Assembly: GCA_965197585.1 (NCBI GenBank)
Contig: OZ240215.1
Span: 2,592,001-2,656,000 of the forward strand
DNA length: 64,000 nucleotides
Reading direction: 5' to 3'
DNA from: Dehalococcoidia bacterium
GTDB lineage: Bacteria > Chloroflexota > Dehalococcoidia > Plut-88900
Numbering within the stretch: the first letter of the stretch is position 1; every line of letters starts with the position of its first letter. Below are positions 20,106 through 28,976 of the stretch, piece by piece. The notes under the pieces were generated by a model. The model was not told where the DNA came from, searched no databases, and saw only the letters and a list, made by a program, of their open reading frames with translations. A program made the position numbers and the translations under genes.

Positions 20106-20804
20106 ATGATCTGCGCCATCAGCCGAAGATTGCCCGTCCCGCTGGCCGCCCTTGTCGCGACCCTCCTGCTCCTCCCAAGCGCGCCGGCCGTGGCACACGT
20201 CGGTCCCGCACCGACCAGGCCCACGGGACTGACCGCCATGGGGTTCCACGGGGACATAGCGCTGGCCCACGAGATGGCGAGTCCCCACGTGAGGCTGAGC
20301 TGGGACGAACCGGGCGGCGCCGGCTTTCTCGGGTTCCAGCATGCGGAGGTCATCGACGTCTGGATTCCCCTCTTCCTGTTCTCCGTCCTCTTCGGCCTCT
20401 CTATGGACTACCACGTCTTCCTCCTGAGCCGTATCCGAGAGCGCTACGACCAGACCGGCGACAACACCGAGGCCGTGGCCTACGGTCTCCGCTCCACCGC
20501 CGGTTTGATCACCGGAGCCGCCCTCATAATGGTCGCCGTGTTCGGCGCTTTCGCCAGCGGCAGGACCATCATCAACCAGCAAGTCGGGTTCGGGCTTTCC
20601 GTAGCCGTGCTCCTGGACGCCACCCTCGTTCGCTCCGTTCTTGTCTCCGCCAGTATGGATATGCTCGGTAAACGCAACTGGTATCTGCCGTCATGGCTGA
20701 ACTGGCTGCCGGACCTGAGAATAGAAGCGGAAGAAATGCCCGCTCCTGATGTTCAAGGTCAAGCCTTACAGGGAGGGGCTACCGCCAATGAAAGTCCCGA
20801 CTGA
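20106..20804 (+). pseudogene. Chimera: signal peptide and FnIII-like start fused to the C-terminal TM segments of an MMPL/RND transporter
   Basis: PTRPTGLTA...VRLSWDEPG joined to LFGLSMDYHVFLLSRIRE...LDATLVR...NWYLPSWL. Confidence 0.75.
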
Positions 20805-21963
20805 CTACACAATTGGTTATGAAAAGGCCCGAGCTATTGCACCCGATATCGCAGACAAATACATCGCTCACACCCTTATTGGGGACCCCCTGGGCGAAGA
20901 GATGGCGGCGGACCTTGAGGCGTTCAGCGCATCTGAATCAGAGAGGCTCATTCAAGCGGCCATGAATGAGGAAGGTGAGGAGGCCCTGAGAGACGCCCCG
21001 GACTCCCTTCGGAGGTTCTTCAAAGAAGCGGAAACCCCGCCCGAGTGGCTCGACTATTCTGCATTCGCCCCGAGTGTCCGCATGTTTTACAGAAACTCGC
21101 AGATAGTCCTGGCTGCATTCGTCGCAGGAGTTCTCATAGAAGGCTTTACAACCAACATCGCAAAATCCTTCTTCATCACCGGACGGGTGCGTGACCAGGG
21201 CATCCGGCGTCTGGGGCAGAACAACCGTCACATGATGGAGATATTCCTCCCTGGCGGCATGTACAGGCATGGGGACGGCTGGAAGCTTTCCCTCCGCATC
21301 AGGATGGTTCACGCACGGCTTAGACGCCTCCTCAGCGCTTCCGAAGACTGGGATAAGGAGGCTTGGGGAGAGCCCATCAGTGCCGCTCACTTGGGCTACG
21401 CCATTTCCGCTTTCTCGGCAAGGCTGCTCAAGCACATGAAGACCCTCGGCGCCACTTACAATAAGGAAGAGTACGATAGCTTCATGGCCGTCTGGCGCTA
21501 CAGCGGTCACATAATGGGCATCCCTCAAACCATCCTGTTCCAGGATGCCGATGAAGCTCTGAAACTGTGGAAAATCGCCCTCATGTGCGAGCCCGATTCC
21601 CCAATCGAATCGATCGTGATGGCCCACGCGCTGGTCAACTCGGCCCCATTGATTGCCGGAGCCACCGAGCCGGAAGCCCGTCGCAGCCTGGCCCGGTACG
21701 TGTACCGCTTGTCCCGGGGACTCATCGGAAAAGAGTACGCCGAATCGCTGATGTATCCGCCCATCTCCCCCTTTGGAGCGGTATGGTGGTTCAGGACGCA
21801 GCAGCGCTACGGCCACGTCCTGAACAAGCTGTTGCCGGGCCGCCGCGAAGACAGCAACTTCTCTAAATTCACGTCGCTGCTCAGTACCTCATTGTTCGAC
21901 GAGGAAGGGATACGCTACACATTGCCCGACCGCGTGTACGCGGAAGAGTCGGTCCACTACTAG
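20788..21963 (+). CDS. DUF2236/MpaB-Lcp (latex clearing protein-like) oxygenase family protein
   Basis: GDPL, PEWLD, RIRMVHARLR, WGEPIS and WRYSGHIMGI motifs. Confidence 0.85.
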   Translation: MKVPTDYTIGYEKARAIAPDIADKYIAHTLIGDPLGEEMAADLEAFSASESERLIQAAMNEEGEEALRDAPDSLRRFFKEAETPPEWLDYSAFAPSVRMFYRNSQIVLAAFVAGVLIEGFTTNIAKSFFITGRVRDQGIRRLGQNNRHMMEIFLPGGMYRHGDGWKLSLRIRMVHARLRRLLSASEDWDKEAWGEPISAAHLGYAISAFSARLLKHMKTLGATYNKEEYDSFMAVWRYSGHIMGIPQTILFQDADEALKLWKIALMCEPDSPIESIVMAHALVNSAPLIAGATEPEARRSLARYVYRLSRGLIGKEYAESLMYPPISPFGAVWWFRTQQRYGHVLNKLLPGRREDSNFSKFTSLLSTSLFDEEGIRYTLPDRVYAEESVHY

Positions 21964-22244
21964 CGGGCGTGTCCGCCTACTGCCGATTGCACTCCCTGCG
22001 CCAGCTCCCCCAACTGTGCATTACGTCGGCGGTGTTCCATGTCGGCACGGAGATGCTATAACCCCGAGAAGTAACTCGCAAGTCTAAACCGCACCCTCGC
22101 TTAGCCCTCCGGCAAGGAGGTGTGCCCAGGGCAGTGGAGTCGGGTGTTGCATAGCCATCTAGGGAGACGGTCTCAATGGACACCAACGGTCAGGAAGATG
22201 GAGCGACCACTTGGGCGGTCGCCGACACCAAGAATCTGACGATA

Positions 22245-22560
22245 CAACGGTGAAGATGCCGCCGAGGCCCTCAACGGCGAGTACGTCCTGCGCGTAAGGG
22301 TGAGAGACCCGTCGACCGCATCTGCCACGGTGAATGTGATCGTTACGGTCACCGAGGTGAACGAGGCCCCTCTCTTCAAGGAGGACGCACCGACGGTGCT
22401 GAGAGTCAGGGAGAACACGGACCCGCCAGTCTTCACTCTAGATGACGGCGACACCCTGGTGCGTCCCAAGACCTACGCCGCTACCGACCAGGACGGTGGT
22501 AACACCTGCTGCACGTACTCGGTGACGGGCGTCGACCGCAGTGCTTTCGCCATCGACAGC
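22245..22560 (+). pseudogene. Fragment of a cadherin-repeat gene paralogous to 5103-9440
   Basis: ALNGEYVLRVRVRDPSTASATVNVIVTVTEVNEAP matches about 6150-6430; truncated at both ends. Confidence 0.85.
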
Positions 22561-22874
22561 ACCATCTTTGAGATGTGGATGGGGCTGTCAGCCTGCGGAC
22601 GGATTCCGTTCAATCCGATCTTGGGATGAAAAGCGTATTGAGGAGATTCAGTCCGAAACACTTTGTGGAGCATTTCCCTCCGGGTTCAGGAATTCCGCCC
22701 CTAGCCACCTACAAGGGCGCATTCCACAGATTCCTCCAAAGCTTAGCGATGTTTGTAGTCCTAACTTGACGGCTGCAGTAGTTGAGCATTGGCGGATACG
22801 TCACGCGTTCTCAATAACAAAGAGCGCTTTCGCCGCGAGGCCTGTTGAGTAGTATTTGCTGGCATAGTTCAAGA

Positions 22875-23818
22875 TCAACCATCGTCTTGGAACCGAACCT
22901 CAATCCGTTCATCCGTCACATCTGCTAGCGAGTTCTCCGTCGCCCTACTCATTCCTAGGTCGGCCAGTAAATTATGAAAGAAACGGCCATCAGCGATTTT
23001 GAAATCTGTTCTCCGCTTAGAAAGCCTCACGAGCATACGGGATGTTTCATCAGTCGGCTGGCCCAGAAGTTGCCTTCCCCGAATATAAGCGTGTAGATCG
23101 GACAATTAAAGCGCAGGGTCAAATATTGAGTCTTGGAACTCTATGGTAGCGAATCTCGTCTCACCTGGGTGGAACAGTGGCACCCACGATCTCCCAAAGT
23201 AATCGGCGACATTCGCCTCTAGGGGAGTGTTTCTATCTAGGACCACATGTAAAACAGAGTTCTCGGGTACCAGGTCATGCGCCTCTTCGAGGAAGAGGTT
23301 TAATGCCATCAGATATGGACGGTTGGTTGCTCCTGTAGTCTTGAACTTGCGATGCATAGTCGGTTTAAAGGAGTTTGAATCTTCGTCTCTCTTCAAGGAA
23401 ATGGACGTTTCAATGTAACCACCTGTGAAGTACCTTCTTTACTCCGTTGTCAGGTTGTTGAAAGTTTCCACATGCACGGCGCCTCCAATGGGGAGCAGAG
23501 CACACGATTCCGCAACTCCCACTAGCTCATCTAGGAATTGGAGTTTGCGCCTGTCAGGCCAACCACGGTAGGGATTTGTAGAGCTCTTCTGACGGCTCCG
23601 CTGGGGAAAATCAATAGAATGGAACTCGTCAACGTTGTGACGTTGTTGTGACGTTCCAACACGTCACTCCAGAGCCTGTTGAAAAACTCCCATTGGTTGT
23701 CGGAAGATACGCTCCCCAGAAGCAAGCAGTACTTCGCACCTTCCTGAGTGCCGCTTTCATACCCGTAGGCCCACAGGTGGGCCTCTCCTTTAGAAGGTCT
23801 TTGTAGAGGTGCTAACAC
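22875..23818 (-). pseudogene. Degraded DUF3800-family gene
   Basis: AYGYESG (decayed YxDESG) at the start and FQDS..PAL*LSDLHAY (LQLADxxAY) near the end; split by stops. Confidence 0.65.
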
Positions 23819-24016
23819 TTGTCTAGTTCTTGTCCGATGGTAGGGTATGAGTTAGGAAACTTACGGGACTCTGTTGTTGGGGCATAAAAAGTCGAGCCTA
23901 TCAAAGCCAATCGGATAGTGTTAAGTGGGTCGAACGGAACTGTGTTGCAAACGTTTGAATCTGCGCTGGCCCTTTGAATCTTGGCGGATGGATTGGCGAT
24001 CGTAGTGCGAAGGTAT

Positions 24017-25243
24017 TCAATGCCCTAGCATCCCTGCTGCCACATAATACCCGGTTGCCCCATCAGGGACATGCTCGTAGGTTTGTACTTGGCCTAGAGT
24101 GTTTAGTAGTTGGCCTACTAGCGTTGCCAGACCCACCGGAACTGCCATGAACAGATGGACCTTTCCTCGCACGTGAAACTGTTGTCTGACATTCCGCGCC
24201 GCTTCTACGATCCGGTGCGCCACCTCAACTGCCTCTCCACCAGACTTCAGATCTGCAGTAGTGGAAGGTTCCAAAGGTTTAACGTGAACATAGGCTCGAA
24301 ACCGTGGCAAAGATTGGTAGGAAACACCCACCGCTTGCGATACGTCCGCGTTAACGGAAACAAGTATGGCAAGGTCATCGGCAGCTGCGTCGCCAGCGGT
24401 TATGACTGCATCAAATTTAGAATCCACACGAGAATCCTGCAGTGACCACAGTTGATTGGCCCTGCCTGGAGTGTATTGCTCCCACGAGAGGTCTGACCTT
24501 CTCGGAGCCATGAAGTAGTAACCCAGGGCAATAGCTGCCGGTATTGAAAGCAAGCCACTAGCCTGTACCGTCCTCCCGGGCGCTCTCTGCTGGATCTGCG
24601 CACTTATTTCAGCCAAGGCGGGAAGCAAGTAAGCTCGCCACGTTTCGTCTGTTGCTATCCTATCCTCAAATCTGTGCGTCCAGTCGATTGCCAATGCAGG
24701 GGGGCCATCAGAGGCGAAGCGGCTTCGTGTATTCATTACAAGTTTGAGTGGCTGTCCAACGGGTAGATAATGGTGTAGTGCCTCCAAACGCCTTGCTAAC
24801 GTTCTAATCGCGATAGAGCGGATTTCATGCTCTGCAGCAGGGTCAGATGACACTTTTCGAATGTTCCACCGTCGCAAGTCTGCGATTCCTATGTCCCCTT
24901 GCATCAGGGTTCCTACGCTCTCATAGCTCAGCCCTCCCGCCGCAACGGGCACAACGAAAAACTCGTCACCTCTGTTGTGGCGGTTAAGTATTAACGGAGC
25001 CTCTACCCTTCGAATCATGCTAGATTCAGCAACATCTGGAGTAAGCCACATGACAGCGCTGGCCGTGTTGGAATCGGACAACACAGACCGAATTGCGTCT
25101 TCCGTGGGCTCTTCATCCAGATTTTCGATGTCTTGCCACGTGGGAATCCCAATGTCGTGCTGATAAGCAATCAATGTTTGGGCTTCACTGAGACGGGATC
25201 TGCGGTAGCTCAGAAAAGACCGGCCTGTCGGGTCTGTCATCAC
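24017..25243 (-). CDS. CBASS effector, TIR-SAVED
   Basis: TIR-like SFLSYRR..TWQD..IRRVE; C-terminal SAVED motif VHLFMAVPVGLATLVGQLLN. Confidence 0.9.
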   Translation of the reverse strand: MMTDPTGRSFLSYRRSRLSEAQTLIAYQHDIGIPTWQDIENLDEEPTEDAIRSVLSDSNTASAVMWLTPDVAESSMIRRVEAPLILNRHNRGDEFFVVPVAAGGLSYESVGTLMQGDIGIADLRRWNIRKVSSDPAAEHEIRSIAIRTLARRLEALHHYLPVGQPLKLVMNTRSRFASDGPPALAIDWTHRFEDRIATDETWRAYLLPALAEISAQIQQRAPGRTVQASGLLSIPAAIALGYYFMAPRRSDLSWEQYTPGRANQLWSLQDSRVDSKFDAVITAGDAAADDLAILVSVNADVSQAVGVSYQSLPRFRAYVHVKPLEPSTTADLKSGGEAVEVAHRIVEAARNVRQQFHVRGKVHLFMAVPVGLATLVGQLLNTLGQVQTYEHVPDGATGYYVAAGMLGH

Positions 25244-26175
25244 GTATCGTCCCCGTTCCTGAATGGAGGAGCGGGTGTAAATTCTTTGGCCTGAGCCTTC
25301 ACGCGTTCGAAATCTATTGGAGAACCGGGGAAAGCATCAAGAAGGATGTCCGGCAAGAACCTTGCGGTCAAATCGGAATAGGTGCAACCGTACCCAAGTC
25401 CGTTCGAGTCTCCAAGCAATTGGGCCAACCCCTGGATTTGCCCGTTATCGAACCCCAAACCCGCCAGACTACAACCCAAAATCGTCAACCGTTGTTCCAG
25501 ATTGGGCCTCTTGAAGTGAAATATGTCGGCAGCTCTCCTTACAATCGCGGGGTCAAGTGCCTCTACCCGGTTGGTACACAGCACCACAATCGCCGGGTGA
25601 TTGCCGCCGCCAATGCGATCAATCCCCCTGATCAAAGCATTTACACCGGCACGATCCTCGTGGTGCATTTGACTGAGTTCCCTAGATTGAGCCAATGCGT
25701 CAGCTTCATCAATGAGGAGAACAATTGCACCTTGCGGGCCGGAATCATCAAAGGCAATTTTCCGTGCCGCCTCCTCTATCCGCGAGAAAGCTGTGGTAAT
25801 CAGGCTCGTCATCTGTCCTACCGCACCAGTGCCGCGAGCCCCCAGGCTGAGCCTGTAAAGCGTCGTCGCAATTTTCAGATCGCGCGCAACCTTATCGGGG
25901 AAAGATTCAGCGAGAGAAGTCTTTCCGGTCCCAATGTCGCCGGAGAACAGAAGCAGTGGCATCCTCTCATCGAAAGATCTGGCAAGAGGTACGACGCTCC
26001 CATAATATTGTTTGCTCCAGTTCTCAATCTCTTTCGGCCGCAAGAGGATCCGCGCTTCTTTGGAAATGCGATCCTTCTCCTGGTCGAGTCCAACAAGACG
26101 TGCATACTTGTCTTGAAGCCGAGGGTTCGGGTACTCCTCTACCGCATCGAACAGGTCATCTTCGGTGTAGTTCAT
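25240..26175 (-). CDS. cap6: CBASS TRIP13/Pch2-like AAA+ ATPase
   Basis: GDIGTGKT, LIDEADALAQSR..QMHHEDRAGVN and LDPAIVRR. Confidence 0.92.
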   Translation of the reverse strand: MNYTEDDLFDAVEEYPNPRLQDKYARLVGLDQEKDRISKEARILLRPKEIENWSKQYYGSVVPLARSFDERMPLLLFSGDIGTGKTSLAESFPDKVARDLKIATTLYRLSLGARGTGAVGQMTSLITTAFSRIEEAARKIAFDDSGPQGAIVLLIDEADALAQSRELSQMHHEDRAGVNALIRGIDRIGGGNHPAIVVLCTNRVEALDPAIVRRAADIFHFKRPNLEQRLTILGCSLAGLGFDNGQIQGLAQLLGDSNGLGYGCTYSDLTARFLPDILLDAFPGSPIDFERVKAQAKEFTPAPPFRNGDDT

Positions 26176-26678
26176 CAGGTTAAGTAAACACCTCTTTCAA
26201 GAGCAGTTCCGTTCCTGGAATACGTCTTGTCAAAACTCCAGCCTCCCAGACCAAAGTTCGGCTCGTTACCGTATGTTCTTTGAAAGGGCAATGAGTTACG
26301 GATTTTCTGGCGTTCGCTCTCACTAAGATTAGACCAAGTGTTGCTGTATTCGAGGAACGAGTGCCACGAGGCACCTGAAATATTTGCGCCGGCCGGAACC
26401 CTTCCAGACCGATCGTCCGCTAACGAGATTCCATCGGACCTAACCGTGTATCGGACAACCACTACCCAACCGTCGCCTCTCTTGAATCCGTATTCGACCA
26501 TCTTAAGACACTTGTTCAGCAACAAGAGCACAAGTTCGCCGATGTAGGCCTCGATGTTCCCGTCGGACGGTTTGCCGTAGAACAATTGCATCTGCTTAAG
26601 GTCTGCCGCGACCTTAGAGGCGAGATAGACAGCATGGGTCTTGGTAAATGTATCGGAGGTGGAGTAGCTATAGGTCAT
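26175..26678 (-). CDS. cap7: CBASS bacterial HORMA-domain protein
   Basis: MTYSYSTSDTFT..AVYLASKVAADLKQMQ..YGKP; lies between the CD-NTase and TRIP13. Confidence 0.88.
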   Translation of the reverse strand: MTYSYSTSDTFTKTHAVYLASKVAADLKQMQLFYGKPSDGNIEAYIGELVLLLLNKCLKMVEYGFKRGDGWVVVVRYTVRSDGISLADDRSGRVPAGANISGASWHSFLEYSNTWSNLSESERQKIRNSLPFQRTYGNEPNFGLGGWSFDKTYSRNGTALERGVYLT

Positions 26679-26680
26679 TT

Positions 26681-27646
26681 TTACACCTTGAAAGAGGGAC
26701 CGAGGACCTCTTTCCATAAACTAACAGCGCGCCCTTTCGTATCGGAAAACTGTGCCTCTGTGAGCGCATCCAACGCATCTGCGCAAGCTTCAACAAGAGC
26801 AATCCTGTCGTGGTCAGAGTAATTCTCCGCCACGTTATTGTCAGCGTTAACCGGGTCGAAGATTCTTACGGGACTTGAACCCGATTTTGGCAAACTCGAT
26901 GCCGGGTAGTAGTCAGCAAACGCGATTCTTGTCTTCAATTGGGATTGAACTATCAAGGAGAAGAACTCCTGAAGTATCCGGGAGTAGTCCTTGAAGTCGG
27001 CTCCGTGGTCTAACATGTAAGCGCAAATCAACTCGACCATAAATGATTTGAAGCGAAAGTCAGGGTAGTGTGATTTCCTGAGGCGAACCCACCACTTGAG
27101 GAGCCTAACCACCTGAGAAAAATGTTGCGGCGTCAGCCGCTTCCGTTTCCGGATGAACTCCAAGTGAAGGCGGACGCTGGTTTCCAGCCATGTCCCGGTG
27201 TCTCGGTTCAGGAGATATCCCCGGTCATCGGGGTCGTCCTCGTATAACACTGGAACGACATCTACATCCAGACCACTACCGCGGAAGTTGACAGAGACAC
27301 AATGGGTTCCACGGCTGAACTGCTCAGGGTGCATGTTGGGGTTCGCTTCCCGAAGACGGTCAGCTAACCAGTTGAGGAGTTCCGAATCATCTCCCGGAGC
27401 GTCGGCTTTCCGCAAATATACTGCAACATCCATGTCGTTGATGGTGCTTAGTGCCGTTCCCTTGGCCACACTACCAGAGTGCAGCATTTTGACCAGCGCG
27501 AAGTCGGGGTTGTCCCGGATCTTGGCAGCCAGCCTGTCCCTAAGGTCATTTACTTGCTTTCGGTATCTCCGAACCCTGTCCTGGTGAAGATTTACGACTT
27601 CATTCCCGAATCTTACGATGTCTGAGTGTTGTACGTGAGGTGCCAT
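26681..27646 (-). CDS. cdnC: CBASS cyclic oligonucleotide synthase (CD-NTase, CdnC-like)
   Basis: SGSVAKGTAL...DMDVAVY, DVDVVP, RLLKWW, FKSFMVELI and DPVNADNNV. Confidence 0.92.
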   Translation of the reverse strand: MAPHVQHSDIVRFGNEVVNLHQDRVRRYRKQVNDLRDRLAAKIRDNPDFALVKMLHSGSVAKGTALSTINDMDVAVYLRKADAPGDDSELLNWLADRLREANPNMHPEQFSRGTHCVSVNFRGSGLDVDVVPVLYEDDPDDRGYLLNRDTGTWLETSVRLHLEFIRKRKRLTPQHFSQVVRLLKWWVRLRKSHYPDFRFKSFMVELICAYMLDHGADFKDYSRILQEFFSLIVQSQLKTRIAFADYYPASSLPKSGSSPVRIFDPVNADNNVAENYSDHDRIALVEACADALDALTEAQFSDTKGRAVSLWKEVLGPSFKV

Positions 27647-27822
27647 ACCTTATCCTTATGTTCCATCGCTGGGCCTGGTTAATGTCCTCAATTGGGCCAA
27701 AACCTGCATCCGACCGAGAATGGCATTCCTATGGGAGCGATGGCGCTTGAGGTCCTCTGCATCCTTCCAATCGGCTCCTCTGTCGATTTCCTGGTGCACT
27801 CCGTTTCCAGCCCGGGTGGATT

Positions 27823-27871
27823 GTTGAATATTAAGTCAACATTATATTCGACTTGATAGTTGAAATTCAAC
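27823..27871. promoter_or_regulatory. AT-rich divergent promoter with palindromic operator candidates
   Basis: gttgaatat..atattcgac (27823-27852) and gttgaa-a-ttcaac (27859-27871), between the CD-NTase and the HTH gene. Confidence 0.6.
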
Positions 27872-27904
27872 ACAAGTTTTGAGAAACTAACTACGGAGGT
27901 TCCA

Positions 27905-28279
27905 ATGCCTTTTCCCGACCGGTTGCGCGAATTGCGGAGGGCTGCCCGGCTAAGCCAGCGGGCGCTGGCAGAGCAGGTCGGGGTAGATTTCACCTATTTG
28001 AGCAAGATCGAGAACGGCCGCGTCGAACCACCCAGCGAGGGCGTTCTCCAGAGAATCGCCAAGGAACTGGCTGACAAACTGGGGAAGGACGAGACCGCGT
28101 TGGCCGATGAATTGATCACCCTAGCGGGCAAAATTCCTTCAGACTTGGCGGAAACCTTGTCCCGTAACCCTGAGGTTGTCCGGCTTCTACGGTCCGTCGG
28201 GAGTGATGTACATTCATCAGCCGATTGGCGAAAGCTCTTTTCGGGTCAGTCGCCAGAAGAACAACCGGAGGAAGGATGA
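27905..28279 (+). CDS. XRE HTH repressor (CapH-like)
   Basis: LRELRRAARLSQRALAEQVGVDFTYLSKIENG; divergent from CBASS. Confidence 0.88.
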   Translation: MPFPDRLRELRRAARLSQRALAEQVGVDFTYLSKIENGRVEPPSEGVLQRIAKELADKLGKDETALADELITLAGKIPSDLAETLSRNPEVVRLLRSVGSDVHSSADWRKLFSGQSPEEQPEEG

Positions 28280-28923
28280 CTACAAGGTACTTGCCCGATG
28301 TTCATATAGAGAGGCAGGCAACCCGGTTGTTGAATCGGTATGAGCGTGAGTTCGAGGCTGTAACAGAGCCACCAGTGCCGGTTGAGGACATCGCCGATGG
28401 CCTGCTGGAATTAGGGATCCTATGGGATTCAGTGTACGAGGCGGCCGGCACATCCACGCTGGCCGGCTTTGAACCCCGTGAATACATGATTAAGTTCAAC
28501 GAATCCCGTCGTCAGGTCTTCGAGGAGACCCCGGGCTTATACAACACCGTGTTGGGCCACGAAATCGGTCACTGGGAGTTGCACGTTGACCATAACCTGG
28601 CAGCCCAGCAACAACTGCCAAACCTCGACCACGTTTACGAGTGCCTCTACCAAGATTGCACCTGTGCTCAAGGGCCCAAGGAAACTCAGGCCCATAGATT
28701 CATGGCTTTCCTTCTAATGCCTTCCAGCCTGTTGTGGGAAGCCGTCAGCGATGTCGAACTTACCAGTTGGCCTAACCTGTACAGGTTGCGAGAACTCTTT
28801 CAGGTTACTATTTCGGCTCTAACAATAAGGCTCGAACGGCTAGGGGTCCTTTACGTTGCTACCGACGGGCAGCTTTACCCGTCCTTGCAGGAATACCACG
28901 GCCAGACGCGACTGGCGCTTTAG
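28276..28923 (+). CDS. ImmA/IrrE-family metallopeptidase (CapP-like)
   Basis: HEIGH motif and ETQAHRFMAFLLMP; ATGA-coupled to the HTH gene. Confidence 0.88.
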   Translation: MTTRYLPDVHIERQATRLLNRYEREFEAVTEPPVPVEDIADGLLELGILWDSVYEAAGTSTLAGFEPREYMIKFNESRRQVFEETPGLYNTVLGHEIGHWELHVDHNLAAQQQLPNLDHVYECLYQDCTCAQGPKETQAHRFMAFLLMPSSLLWEAVSDVELTSWPNLYRLRELFQVTISALTIRLERLGVLYVATDGQLYPSLQEYHGQTRLAL

Positions 28924-28976
28924 GGAATCTGGCCCTTCAAATGGTGGTCTTATGACCGCCCCAAAAGAGGCACGTC

